Of a DNA stretch of 64,000 nt, positions 20,089 through 30,887 are shown one piece after another. A program made the translations under genes and the position numbers. Numbering within the stretch: the first letter of the stretch is position 1; every line of letters begins with the position of its first letter. This stretch comes from an uncultured Nitrososphaerota archaeon (GTDB taxonomy: Archaea > Thermoproteota > Nitrososphaeria > Conexivisphaerales > DTJL01), in assembly GCA_963842885.1 (NCBI GenBank), contig CAWJIE010000004.1, forward strand, positions 192,001 through 256,000, in the 5' to 3' direction. The notes beneath the pieces were generated by a model. That model had not been told where the DNA came from and ran no database searches. It was given only the letters and a program-made list of their open reading frames with translations.

Positions 20089-21212
20089 ACGCGCAAGCAA
20101 AGGGCTCGACGCTCTCGTCATACCTAGAGACATCAGTTCACAACGCCCTTCCCTCCCTGCTGTGCCTTCTGCTGGGATTGGTCGCCGGCTCCATCCTCAT
20201 CATCATATGCGGCTACAACCCTGTCCTCGTGTTCGGCGAAATGTTCTCAGGAGCCTTCGGGTCGGTTCAAGGCCTCTCATATACGATAACCTACATATCT
20301 CCTTTCATACTCGCCGCCTTGGCCTTCCTCATTCCAGGTAAGGCGGGCATCTGGAACGTTGGCGGACAGGGACAGGTCTACCTTGGCGGCATAACAGCTA
20401 CCCTCGTAGCTCTGTACATTCCGATGCCCCCTATCCTCTGGCCAATAGTTGCTCTCCTCGCCGGTGCCGGAGCAGGAGCTTTGGGGGCGGCACTTCCGGG
20501 CATCCTTGAATCGTACCGGAACGCGTCCGCGATAGTTACGACCATAATGCTCAACTATGTGTACGCGCCAATCGCGTCGTTCATCCTGTTCTTCGTAATA
20601 GCCGTGACATATCCGACGACCAGGGTCGACAGCCAGACCCCGAAGTTCAGCTCCGCCGTGAGGCTCCCACATATCCCTGGTTTGAGCTCGTCGATAATGG
20701 TGTTCTTCACCATCCTGATCGCGATAGGACTCTATTACTTTCTGCTTCGGACCACCCTTGGCTACAAGATCAGGGCAGTGGGGCTAAACCCGACGGCGGC
20801 TGAGATGAAGGGGATCGACTGGAGGAAGATCAAGGTTGTGGCCATGATGATTGGCGGTGCTGTGGCAGGGTTAGCTGGTGCCAGCGAAGTCCTGGGCACC
20901 TACGGAAACTACGTGGATCAGTTCGCTGAAGGGTATTTCGGTGGTATGGGATTCGCGGGCATAGCCGTTGCGCTCGTGGGGGCTAGCAGCCCCATAGGAG
21001 CCATATTCTCCTCTGTCTTGTTCGCCGTGATGGTTTCTGGTGGACCGTACATCCAAGCCTTGGGGATACCTAGGGAGCTGGTCTGGTCCCTACAGGGCAT
21101 CATAATCATCTTCGCCTCCATGCCCTACATCTACAAGATCATCACCAAGACGGACTGGAGCCGCGCCTGGCGGAGGACCATAGTCTCGCCCGGCAAGCTG
21201 GAGGGACAGTAG
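20085..21212 (+). CDS. Nucleoside ABC transporter permease
   Basis: WNVGGQGQ, TTIMLNY, GYKIRAVGLNP, GFAGIAVAL. Confidence 0.9.
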   Translation: MNAQAKGSTLSSYLETSVHNALPSLLCLLLGLVAGSILIIICGYNPVLVFGEMFSGAFGSVQGLSYTITYISPFILAALAFLIPGKAGIWNVGGQGQVYLGGITATLVALYIPMPPILWPIVALLAGAGAGALGAALPGILESYRNASAIVTTIMLNYVYAPIASFILFFVIAVTYPTTRVDSQTPKFSSAVRLPHIPGLSSSIMVFFTILIAIGLYYFLLRTTLGYKIRAVGLNPTAAEMKGIDWRKIKVVAMMIGGAVAGLAGASEVLGTYGNYVDQFAEGYFGGMGFAGIAVALVGASSPIGAIFSSVLFAVMVSGGPYIQALGIPRELVWSLQGIIIIFASMPYIYKIITKTDWSRAWRRTIVSPGKLEGQ

Positions 21213-21213
21213 A

Positions 21214-22131
21214 TTGGCCATAAGTGAAGTGGTGATCCTTCTGGTGCTGGGCCTTCAGCAGAGCGTAACCATCGCTCTGGCCGCCCAAGGTGAGCTACTA
21301 TCAGAGAAGTCTGGCGTGATGAACATCGGCATAGAGGGAACCATGCTCATAAGCGCCTTCGCCGCAGCATATATGAACTGGCTGTTGAGGCCGACGTTCG
21401 GCCTTACAACCCCCTACGTCGCTTTGCTGTTCGGGATTGCGACCGGGATGCTAATCAACTTCCTTCTCGCCGTCCTGAGCACGAAACTCTATGTGGACCA
21501 AGTGATAGCCGGGATAGGTATCAACGTCCTGGCTGGCGGGATCACTGTGCTGGCTTTGATCCACATATTCGATGTCCACGACCAGACGCCTCCGGCCAAT
21601 ACACTACCTTACGTCTTCACAATACCCGGCCTTGGCAGCACCGGACAAATCAGCCTCCTTGAAATCTTAGCCTTCGTCCTTCCGGTCCTCACCTTCCTTC
21701 TCTTGAGCAGGACGAAATTCGGCCTCAGGATCAGGGCAGTCGGGGAGAACCCCAAGGCCGCCGAGACCGCAGGGCTCAACGTGGTCCGCACCAGGATACT
21801 AGCTACTACATTGGGAGGCGCGATGCTTGGCATGTCAGGTTCCTATCTGTCGATAGTCCTCAATCCATTCTTCGTCAAGTCCATGACGCACGGCCTGGGG
21901 TTCATTGCACTGGGAGCCGTAATCGCGGGCGCCTGGAGCTCTTTCCTCGTGTTCGGCTTCAGCCTCCTTTTCGGTGTGACCTTCGGTGTCTACATAGAGT
22001 ACGGTGGGATGCAGGGATACACCTATCTGCTCGCCGCGCTACCTTACCTAGTGACAGTCATCGCCATGGCCTTGACGACCAAGCGACTTCGACCGCCGAC
22101 GGCCCTAGGTGCGCCCTACAAGAAAGAGTAA
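21214..22131 (+). CDS. Nucleoside ABC transporter permease
   Basis: SEKSGVMNIGIEG, GLRIRAVGENPKAA, ALPYLVT, ALGAPY. Confidence 0.9.
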   Translation: MAISEVVILLVLGLQQSVTIALAAQGELLSEKSGVMNIGIEGTMLISAFAAAYMNWLLRPTFGLTTPYVALLFGIATGMLINFLLAVLSTKLYVDQVIAGIGINVLAGGITVLALIHIFDVHDQTPPANTLPYVFTIPGLGSTGQISLLEILAFVLPVLTFLLLSRTKFGLRIRAVGENPKAAETAGLNVVRTRILATTLGGAMLGMSGSYLSIVLNPFFVKSMTHGLGFIALGAVIAGAWSSFLVFGFSLLFGVTFGVYIEYGGMQGYTYLLAALPYLVTVIAMALTTKRLRPPTALGAPYKKE

Positions 22132-22440
22132 ATCGACTGAATCCGGAAGGGGCTTCGGCCTAGCGCGCGATCCAACTTGGAACCGTGTATGATTGAATCA
22201 TAGACGGATCTAGAGGACCTATCTCAAGAGCGACGAAATGTTGGTATGGAAGAATGAAGACGGATTCGAGACTTGCAGGAGCGTGGCCTCGTTTCGGATT
22301 CTCGGAGCACGGAGCGCTTCGCGTCTGCAAATTCCCAGTTCATGAGGAGTTCCGCGCAGTTGAACAGGGGTCCGAAAGCCAGGACCTGTTGTGCGTGAGC
22401 GAAGCTTTGTGACCGTGGGCAGGGGCTGGACTCGTGTGCA

Positions 22441-22527
22441 TGGCGCCGGGGGTGGGATTTGAACCCACGAGGGCTTTCGCCCACAGACTTAGCAGGCCTG
22501 CCCCCTACCAGGCTAGGGTACCCCGGC
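22441..22527 (-). tRNA. tRNA-Ser(GCU), long variable arm, CCA encoded
   Basis: Reverse complement GCCGGGG TA CCCTAGCCTGGTAGGGG G CAGGC CTGCTAA GTCTG ... GTGGG TTCAAAT CCCAC CCCCGGC GCCA. Confidence 0.95.
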
Positions 22528-23143
22528 TTCAAGGCAAAGCGTAAACCCTCGTGGTTAATCATCTTTATGTTATTGAAGGCAACTTGTTAATTGAACGAAA
22601 ACAGGGCCGAGCCTCCGGCCAAGCCGTGCTCGCTGCCAAGTTAGCGTGACCGTACCTCCCGACTCCAGCCAAAAGCATCTCCCATGACCCAGACCGTTTG
22701 GAGGGGTTGAATTCAGCGGTGGGTTCCGAGCCCCAAGATGTGAATTTGATAGGCCAGAGGGAACCCGAGGCCAAAGGCGGCACACCTACAACTGCAAGAT
22801 AGAGCCACCGAGGCCATGCCAAAGTCTTGTTGAATGGCAGTCGGTGGCCGCGACCACTGTCGGGTGGATTCTTCTCTCTGTCTTTAGCTTGAATGTGCTT
22901 GGCGGAAGCAGAGCAGGGCGGCCATGCCGGCCTAGTTTTATTTTGCGATCTTATTTTGCCTATCTTGCTTTCTTGCGCGGCCTATTCTTCTATTCTGCGA
23001 CTGGTTCTGTGACTCTTCGACACCATTCTAGACCTTTTTGAGACAGCCGTGGACCTCAAACATAGGCTTGGACCTTCGCTTACTCAAGTCCAACTGACGT
23101 AAGCCTTAATCGTAAGTCGACTTGGAAGAAGGTCAGAGATATC

Positions 23144-24931
23144 TTGAGTGTGAAGGAGATTTCATGGGACCTCACCGGCATCTTCCCAAGTGCGACCGAC
23201 CCCTCCGTCGAGGCGGCCATCGAAAAGGCGTTGAAGGCGGCTGGCCGATTCACTGACGAATACAAGGGAAGAATCGGCAGCATCCCGCCGGCGGACATTG
23301 CGGCATGCATAGGCGAGTACGAGGACCTTGAGACAGAGCTTTACGACCTGGACTTGTTTGCCACGTTGTCATTCCAGGCGAACATGACCCTCCCCGAGGC
23401 GCAGGCGATTCACGACCGGGTGAGCAAGCTCGTAGCCGAAATCAACAAGGAGCTTGCCTTCTTCGAATTGGAGCTAGTCTCGAGAATCTCCAAGGACCCA
23501 GGGATTGTGCATGATTCGGCCTTGGTGACGTACATGCACGCTCTCGAGAGGCTCGAGAGGAAGAGGCCCCACCTGCTTTCTGAGGCCGAGGAGAAGCTGG
23601 TCATAGGAAAGGACCAGTTCGGCGTGAAGGCTTGGGAAGAACTGCAGAACAAGTGGCTCAATACGCGCCAGTTTGAAGTGGTGGTGGAGGGGACCAGAAA
23701 GACACTCACGTACGGAGAGGCGAACGGCCTCCTTCATCACCATGACAGGGCCACACGAGAGTCGGCCAACAGGTCGATATACGGTACCCTGGGTCAGTCG
23801 GGAGAAATCTTCAGCTTCGCGTTGAGGAGCATATGCAGCGACTGGGTCAACACCTGCGGAGTCAGGAAGTACGACTCGCCGATGCATCCCAGCCTCATCG
23901 CGAATGACACCGAGCAGGGGATCATCGACGGTCTTCTGAAGGCAGTGGAGGGACACGTCGAGCTTTACCACAGATACCTCAGGCTGAAGGCCAAGCTGAT
24001 GGGGCTGCCCAAGCTGGGATGCCATGACATCGTCGCTCCCCTCCCCCAAGTCCCAGACATGAAGTATGACTACGAGACTGCGAGGGACATTGTCGCAAGG
24101 GCCTACAGCAAGTTCGACGAAGGCTATGCTTTCGCCGTGAAGGACATGTTCGCCCAGAGGCATATCGACGCATCGCCGAGATATGGCAAGATGAACGGCG
24201 CTTTCTGTGCGCCGTGGTTCACCGGGAAGTCCGCTTTCGTGATATCAAGCTTCAATGGCCACCTCGACGACGTCTACACCCTTGCCCACGAACTCGGCCA
24301 TGCCACCCATGACTACTACTACGAAGGGAGCCAGACCTACATGAACATGGATATCCCATCGGTGGTGGCTGAAACGGCCTCGATCTTCGGGGAGCTCCTA
24401 CTGACGGACCTCTTGCTCGGCGAAGCGGGGTCGGACGCGGAGAAGCTGGCCGTCCTCTGCCATGTGCTTGACGGCGCCGGGAGCGTGATATACCAAGTCA
24501 CGGCGAGGGCGTGGTTTGAGCAGAGCCTCTACGAGGCGATAAGGAAGGGAGAGTATCTGGACTACAGTAGCATCTGCGAGCGCTGGACAGCCGCCAGGGA
24601 CAAGGTCTACGGCAGCGAGGTCGAATGGTTCGATGAGCTTGCGGCAGAGTGGACCATGAAGCCCCACTACTACTTCGCCAACTACAGGTTCTACAACTAC
24701 CCCTACGTGTACGCCCAGCTCTTCGTCTATGCCGTCTACGAGAAGTACCTCCAGGAAGGCAAGGCCTTCGTGCCCAAGTTCAAGAAGGCCCTGTCAGCGG
24801 GCAGCAGCGTCTCCCCGGTCGAGATCGGGAGAATCGTAGGGTTGGACGTCACCAATCCCGCCTTCTGGGAGCTGGGCCTAAAGCGGTTCGAGCACTTCTT
24901 GAACGAGCTCGAAAGGATATCCAAGGGCTGA
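23144..24931 (+). CDS. pepF: M3 family oligoendopeptidase F
   Basis: WDLTGIF, GAFC, TLAHELGHATH zinc motif, AETASIFGE, FYNYPY. Confidence 0.9.
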   Translation: MSVKEISWDLTGIFPSATDPSVEAAIEKALKAAGRFTDEYKGRIGSIPPADIAACIGEYEDLETELYDLDLFATLSFQANMTLPEAQAIHDRVSKLVAEINKELAFFELELVSRISKDPGIVHDSALVTYMHALERLERKRPHLLSEAEEKLVIGKDQFGVKAWEELQNKWLNTRQFEVVVEGTRKTLTYGEANGLLHHHDRATRESANRSIYGTLGQSGEIFSFALRSICSDWVNTCGVRKYDSPMHPSLIANDTEQGIIDGLLKAVEGHVELYHRYLRLKAKLMGLPKLGCHDIVAPLPQVPDMKYDYETARDIVARAYSKFDEGYAFAVKDMFAQRHIDASPRYGKMNGAFCAPWFTGKSAFVISSFNGHLDDVYTLAHELGHATHDYYYEGSQTYMNMDIPSVVAETASIFGELLLTDLLLGEAGSDAEKLAVLCHVLDGAGSVIYQVTARAWFEQSLYEAIRKGEYLDYSSICERWTAARDKVYGSEVEWFDELAAEWTMKPHYYFANYRFYNYPYVYAQLFVYAVYEKYLQEGKAFVPKFKKALSAGSSVSPVEIGRIVGLDVTNPAFWELGLKRFEHFLNELERISKG

Positions 24932-25007
24932 ACGGCACGGCTGTCCACCTCTCCCTGCGCAGAGGAAGGCGGGGGAATCGGCCATCGGTGACCCTGCATT
25001 GTGAGAA

Positions 25008-25327
25008 GGGCGGCAGCTCCCGTAGTTTTCCCGAGCCAACCACTGCTCCGGCGAAGCCCGCGAATCCCCCACGTAGGCCCAGCAGCGTCACTACCCCGAC
25101 TTAGAGCTGCTCCCTCCCGGGCCTGACTCATTTCGCCGGTTCACGGGTGGAACCCTTCCTTCGAAGGGCCCTTCCCCCTTCGTAACGACCCGCTGAGGCG
25201 CGGGTTCAGCTTCCGGTGCCTGCCGGAAACAGGGGCCGAACAGGGTTAACCTACGGGTTACTGGCTCCTGCGTATAGCCGGTTTCAGGTACGGGGGACGG
25301 CTGGCCCCCCAACCCTACCCACCGCCC
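25008..25327 (-). ncRNA. ffs: Archaeal SRP (7S) RNA
   Basis: Minus strand has helix-8 motif TCAGG CCC GGGA GGG AGCA, an Alu-like 5' domain, and termini GGGCGGTGG / CTGCCGCCC that pair over ~320 nt. Confidence 0.9.
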
Positions 25328-25352
25328 AGACCTAGGCAGGGCATGAGGGTAA

Positions 25353-26276
25353 TTAAACCCTGACAGGCTTGACGGTGTCGAGCAGTGTGCAGACCGAACA
25401 GGGGTCGCTCGTGCTCGGGAAGCCGCACCTCCTGCAGTTAATCACCGGCGGCTGCTCCGCCAACGGCTTCTCCGAAAGCTCGAGCGCCGACTTCAGGAGG
25501 GCGTACTTCATCCCCGGGTGCTTCTCCTCCATTTCGTTGAGGTAGGCCCTCACCTCGGACCTGATGCCCTCGTCCATGTAAGGGCAGGGGATGGTCTGCA
25601 GCGGCGTGCCGTTTCCGAAGGCGTAGAGCGCTATCTCCTTCTCGTATACCTCCAGGAAGGGGTGGACCCGCCGGACCCTGAACCCGTTGCTGCCGTCGCG
25701 GGAGGAGTTCAACCAGGTGATGCGTTTCAGGTCGCCGCTGAGGAGGTTGATCATGAAGGTCTGGACCATGTCGTCGAGGTTGTGGCCAGTGGCCAGTACG
25801 GTAACGCCGGCCTTCATGGCCGCCACGTCGATGGCCCTCCTGCGAAAGGTCCCGCAGATGGCGCAGGAGGAGAGTTTGGTGCGCCTGTCCTTCAAGGCCT
25901 CGTCAAGAGAGAAACCGAAGAGCTCCTTGTAAGAATAGAGGAGATGAGGGACACCCAGCTTCTCCGCGACCTCGGCGACGTATGAGAGGGACTCGGCCCT
26001 GTAGCCTTCTATCCCTTCGTCGATGGTCAGGGCGACCAGCTTGCTGCCGTGGCCCGCCGTTATCCTGGTGAGGATCCTGAGGAGGCTGAGGCTGTCCTTC
26101 CCTCCTGAGACGGCCACCCCGATGTAGTCCCCATGGCGGAACATGCCGTACTTGGCGATGGAGTTCTTCGTCTTGTCCTCGATGGATTCGGAGAAGCAGG
26201 AGCGGCAAAGAGACTCCCCGGAGTAAGCCCTGTGGTAGAACACATCTTTGCCGCAGTTATCACAGGTCGAGGGCAT
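25353..26276 (-). CDS. tRNA 2-thiolation protein, NcsA/TtuA/Ctu1 family
   Basis: N- and C-terminal Zn-finger cysteines, PP-loop SGGKDS, CAICGTFRR, ATGHNLDD, CPY. Confidence 0.9.
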   Translation of the reverse strand: MPSTCDNCGKDVFYHRAYSGESLCRSCFSESIEDKTKNSIAKYGMFRHGDYIGVAVSGGKDSLSLLRILTRITAGHGSKLVALTIDEGIEGYRAESLSYVAEVAEKLGVPHLLYSYKELFGFSLDEALKDRRTKLSSCAICGTFRRRAIDVAAMKAGVTVLATGHNLDDMVQTFMINLLSGDLKRITWLNSSRDGSNGFRVRRVHPFLEVYEKEIALYAFGNGTPLQTIPCPYMDEGIRSEVRAYLNEMEEKHPGMKYALLKSALELSEKPLAEQPPVINCRRCGFPSTSDPCSVCTLLDTVKPVRV

Positions 26277-26283
26277 TGGCCGA

Positions 26284-27466
26284 TCAGAATGGCCTGAAGC
26301 CTACTCTAAAAAGACTAGCTATAAGATTGGCCGCGAAGAGGACGAGGATGAAGCCGTTGACCGAATACCGAAGGTATTTCGCTACGTTCGGCCGGGAGAT
26401 AGCGCTCCAGGAAGGAATTCATGTAACCCTCGCCGTCGAAGGGGACCATGGGAAGCATGTTGAATGCCCCGACAACGGCGGAGAAGTAGCTGAGCCAGAG
26501 CAGGAAGGAGAAGATCCAGGCGGGCATCTCAGGGACGTTCAGGTAGGGCGGGTAGTAGGTTTCGCCGTAGAAGCCCAGTGCTCCTCTAGAACTGTTGTTA
26601 GGGTTCGGCAGAGTGGTGACATCGACGGTCTTCGTGACCCCCTTCGAAAGTATCTGGACAGATACGGTCTGGTTGACGGGGAGGGTGATGGCGCTCAGCT
26701 GGCCCAGATCGTGAACCGTGACCCCGTTGACCGAGGTGACGGCGTCGCCGACGCCCACCCCGGCGAGCTGAAGGCCGGTGTTCGAATAGAAGCCGGTGAC
26801 GGCTATACCAGAGGCGGGCCCATAGAACGCCGACCTGAACGGCGACGGAATCCAGTAAGCGAACGTGGGCTGGAAGATGAGGAGGGCCGCGACGATGACG
26901 GCAAGGATGATGTTGGACCAGCTTCCCGCGGCCAGGACCCTCCTCCTCTTCTCCGGCGTCGCCGCCTTGAACTCCTTCTCGTCGGGCTCAACGAAGCCGG
27001 CGATAAGTATGGCGAAGAGAGCTATCCCTCCGCTCTTCAGAGAGATTCCTTCGTAGCGAGCGACGATGGCGTGAGAGAATTCATGGACGACCAAGATGAT
27101 GGGGATGGCGGCGAAGAAGTAGATCAGGAGCTGCGAGCTCTGGATGGTTACGAAAGGAACCACCAGCGTCACGGCCTGAAACTGCGACGGCGCGAAGCTG
27201 AGACTCAGAATGTTGTTCAGGAAGAACCAGATCGAGTAACCCGCAAGGAAGACGCCTGCCACGACGCCAAGGCTGGCGAAGATGTCCACGGCCCTTCGGT
27301 ACTTCAATAGCCTGTCGAAAAACGGGTTGACGTTGCCAACCCTGAACATGAAATAGAACGGCTGCACGTCGAAACCCCTTTTCTTCAGGAACGGAATGCG
27401 ACCTATGAGGTAGAGGGCGCCCCAGAAGATGAGGAACCCTATCAGAAGCTCAAGGTAGTAGTTCAA
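26284..27466 (-). CDS. Site-2 protease (M50) with PDZ-like insert; frameshift near the C-terminus (~26385)
   Basis: HEFSH, GFVEPDE, AAGSWSN, FNMLPMVPFDG. Confidence 0.88.
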
Positions 27467-27566
27467 GGGCCGTTCCTTTCACTGGGCTGCACTTTCGCTT
27501 CTATAAATGCATCGTAGGCAACCCGTGCCCGTGGGTGCTTGCATCGACGGAAAGGCGTGAGAATCG

Positions 27567-27827
27567 ATGAGCGGCGTTCCGTTCGACGATTCCGGTCTCC
27601 AGGGCCTGACGGACGTAGCCAAGAACATGGTCGTGGGCATAGCCGACTTCCTGAAGGTCATACTGGCCCAGATAACGCAGCTCATCGCGGAGATATCGAT
27701 ACCTCTGGCCCTGGTGCTAATCCTCACCGGCTCCATCCTGTACTTCTCTCAACTGAACAGAAGGCTGAGCCGAGATTTCGTCGTACTCTCCATGGTCCTT
27801 ACGATAGTTAACCGAATCTTCAAGTGA
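27567..27827 (+). CDS. Small membrane protein, unknown function
   Basis: 86 aa with hydrophobic C-terminal helices; divergent AT-rich promoter-like sequence near 27500. Confidence 0.5.
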   Translation: MSGVPFDDSGLQGLTDVAKNMVVGIADFLKVILAQITQLIAEISIPLALVLILTGSILYFSQLNRRLSRDFVVLSMVLTIVNRIFK

Positions 27828-28888
27828 AGGTGGAGATCGGATACCTGAGGAGGGCGACCGCGCCGCCCAAGCCGTCCACCTGACCGCCCAAGAGGGTCGA
27901 AGAGTCCAAGAGGAAGACTTCTCCCGCCTTGGCTTCCACTTCGTTGGCCAGCTTCACGACAGAATCCTCGTCCGACAGCTTGAACACGGCGTCGGAGATT
28001 AGCAGCGAATCGACGGCCCCCTGCGAGGCCGCCGACTGACAGGCAACGAAGCCCATGGCCAGCCTGCCGTCGTTCTTCGCCAATGAAATCTTGGCGTCGT
28101 CCACGAGCTTCTGCACATGGCTGAATTCCGTGTCGGCGAGCAGCCCCCTGAAGGGGCTGTAGGCGAGGAGGAGGCGCACCCCGTCCTCTCCTGCGAGGTC
28201 GTAGCCATCGAGGACCACCGCGTTCATGGGGGAAGCTGGCGTTGTTGAAGTAGTTGTTGAACTGGTTCTTGAGGTTGCCGGGACCGACGAGGACGACCCT
28301 GGCATCGGGTGACGCCTGCAGTACCGTCCTAAGCAGGTCGGCGATGTTGCGGAAGTAGGCTCGCGCGAGCTTGTCATGGTCCTGCGAATAGGCTTTCCCC
28401 GAAATGCCAGATTCAATCGTGCCGTAGAACTTGAGGGTGACTCCCGTCAGGAGGCCCACCCCGGCCTCCCTAGAATCCAGAGCCACGACGATAGTGCTCT
28501 CCACCTTGCCTCTCTTGGACAGCATCCCCATCATCCAGCCGGGGTAGACGTCCCTCCACAGCGTTATCTCGGAGGTAGGCTCGACTTCGATTGAATGATA
28601 TGATCCGTGAGGGACAAGCTCGTTGTCTGACTCCACGATCCTGCCCTTGATTCTGAGCCTTCCCAAGTCGGAGTCGAAGTTCACGGACTCGACTTCGACC
28701 TTCACCTTCACGCTCACCCGCCGCCCCTTGTCAGGCCTCTGGAACTCCCCTTCGAGCTTGACCTCACGGGTGGTCCAGGACTGAACCTGGTCCCCTCTGG
28801 AGACGATCCTGCGCAGGGTCCAAATGTCCTGCGAGTTCAAAGGCTTGAGGAAGAGGGCCTTCCTACCATCGACCCAGCGGAAGAGCAA
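27820..28888 (-). CDS. pelA: Pelota / Dom34 ribosome rescue factor (frameshift ~28230)
   Basis: DIWTLRRIVSRGD, RLRIKGRI, GSYHSIEV, VGPG, LLISD, GLGGAVALLRYP. Confidence 0.88.
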
Positions 28889-28899
28889 TGTCCAACAGC

Positions 28900-30091
28900 T
28901 TAGGCAAGCCCGACGGAACCGAACGACTCGATGACCATGCCGTCGGGCTTCTTGATGGCGTCAGACACCTTGTAGCCGATTATGGTCGACACGCCGGACT
29001 TGCGTTGCGATGTCCACCAGCCTCTGGGTGACTATTCCGTCGAATACGATGTGCTTCGCGCCCTTGAAGCCCTCTAGGGATGTTGCCAGTTCGCTCACAG
29101 GAAGGTGGCCCAGCACGTTCAGCTCTTCGTCCAGTATGAAGGCCTCCAGGCTGTCCTTGAGGTCCGGGAAGACCTCCTTCAGCTTGGCGCCCAGCTTCTC
29201 CGGAAGCTTGACAGTGGGCTTTGGCGCGACAGGCCTCGGAGGCGGAGCGGGCTGCTCCTCCCTTCTCTCTTCCCTTCTCTCCTCTCTTCTCTCCTCCCGC
29301 TTTCCATGCAGTATGTCCAGTAGCTCGACCGGCGTGAGGTCTTCCACTTCCTTGCCCGGCGGCGCACGGAAGACTTTCGAGACTCTGGCTACCTGCTGTA
29401 GCTCCTTCTGAATCAGGTCTCCTCCGCGGTCCCCGTCCAGGAAGGCGATTAGGTTCCGCTCCTTGGCCAGCTTGATGACCGAGTCGGGGATCTTCGCACC
29501 TTCCACGGCAAGGGTGTTGTCGACACCGGCCCTGAGAAGGTTCAGAACGTCAGCCCTTCCTTCCACCAGTATGACGGTGTCGGCGTTGAACATTCCGGGG
29601 CCGGCGGGCAGTCCCTCGGGTCCGTATGAGGCGATCCTCCCAGGCTTCGCGGCCTCCGTGACCTCCCTGACCAGCTCCTCGCCTTCGCTGGTGGACCTTG
29701 CCGACCAAACCTTCAGGATCTCCTTGGCCCTGTCGCTGATGAGCTTCCTCTTCGAGGCCCTGACGTCTTCAATCTCACCCAGCTGGAACCGTGCAGCGCA
29801 CGGCCCGACCTTGTCCACGCTCTCGACCGCGGCTGCCAGGAGGGCAGCGGTGGTGATGTCCGTGGAGGACGGTATTAGAACCTCACCGAACGTCTGATCG
29901 TTCCTGGAATTCAGGTTGATTTCGATCCTCCCGATCTTCCAGTTCTTCTGCAGCTCGTTGAGGTTTAGCTCGGGTCCGAAAAGGCCCTCCGTCTGGCCGA
30001 AAATAGCGCCAATGACGTCTGCCTTCTCTACCACTCCTTCGATGTTGAATTTCAGCCTTACCATATACTTGATAATACTCGATTCCGGCAT
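28900..30091 (-). CDS. dnaG: Archaeal DnaG (Toprim, exosome-associated); frameshift ~29003
   Basis: VEKADVIGAIFGQTEGL, DKVGPC, VEGRADV, FLDGDRGG, FDGIVTQRLVD. Confidence 0.92.
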
Positions 30092-30125
30092 TTTCCTATA
30101 TCATCTCATTCTGTTCGTTCTAACG

Positions 30126-30147
30126 TGTTAAGCGTTAAGCGTTAACA
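30126..30147. repeat. 7-bp tandem GTTAAGC/GTTAACA repeat in the dnaG leader
   Basis: tgttaagc gttaagc gttaaca read directly. Confidence 0.6.
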
Positions 30148-30203
30148 GCTAGAGCCTCCCTGAGCATCATAATAAACCTTTTTCAGCCATTTGTTCGTGT
30201 TGC

Positions 30204-30678
30204 CTATGAACCGAATCGTTTCAGGTCCTCCACGTGGTTGGCGAGGCCGTTCGTCATGGCCCTGATCTCGCGACGGAAGCTGGTGTCCACGTTCATCCCT
30301 CTTCTCTGGAGCATGGAGGCGACCTTCCAGGTCAGGTTTCGCCCCTTCATGTCGTAGTCAAGAAGGAGTATCACCTTGCTGGTGTGATTCCGCCTCGGCC
30401 ATGACGGCGGAAAGGGAGTTCCTCGTGTGGCAGAGCTTGAAGGCGCGTCCCTTGAAACCCAGGTGCTGAAGGGCCCTTTCGTCCCTCACCCCCTCGACTA
30501 CCACCAGCGCCCCTTCGTCCAGCTCGGCGTTGAGCTGCGACACAAGAGCGATCAGCCTGTCCACCGCCAGGGCTTCGTCGAGCCTGTTATGTCTCTCCGC
30601 GGGCAGCTTGGCGTAGCTATCTCCGGAGGCGGTGGGCTTGGCCGTCCGCCGGAGGATCTTCCTCGTCGCTTCGTTCAT
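30204..30678 (-). CDS. Small Toprim domain protein (frameshift ~30382)
   Basis: VVVEGVRDERAL, then KVILLLDYDMKG in the shifted frame. Confidence 0.8.
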
Positions 30679-30887
30679 GAATAGAATCAGTTGGTGTGAG
30701 TCGGCTCTTAAGGAAAGCGGCCCAAGCGGTAAGGATGGATGATTATGTCCCGCCTCTGACAGCTGTTGAGTTCACAGCGGGCCTTTGTTGGCCCCCTCCC
30801 GCAGCTCTTTAACGGGACGGACGGGTGACGCCCTCGCGGACACCACGCGCCGATGACGTTCGGCTCTGCCTCGGCTTTAACCCTTTC

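Noticed and set aside
22132-23143. Possible integrative element or small genes around tRNA-Ser
   Set aside because: No integrase, att duplication or convincing ORF; only a hairpin (~22183-22207) and a T-rich stretch
29261-29300. 12-bp-period repeat within dnaG
   Set aside because: Encodes a REER-repeat linker; ordinary low-complexity coding sequence
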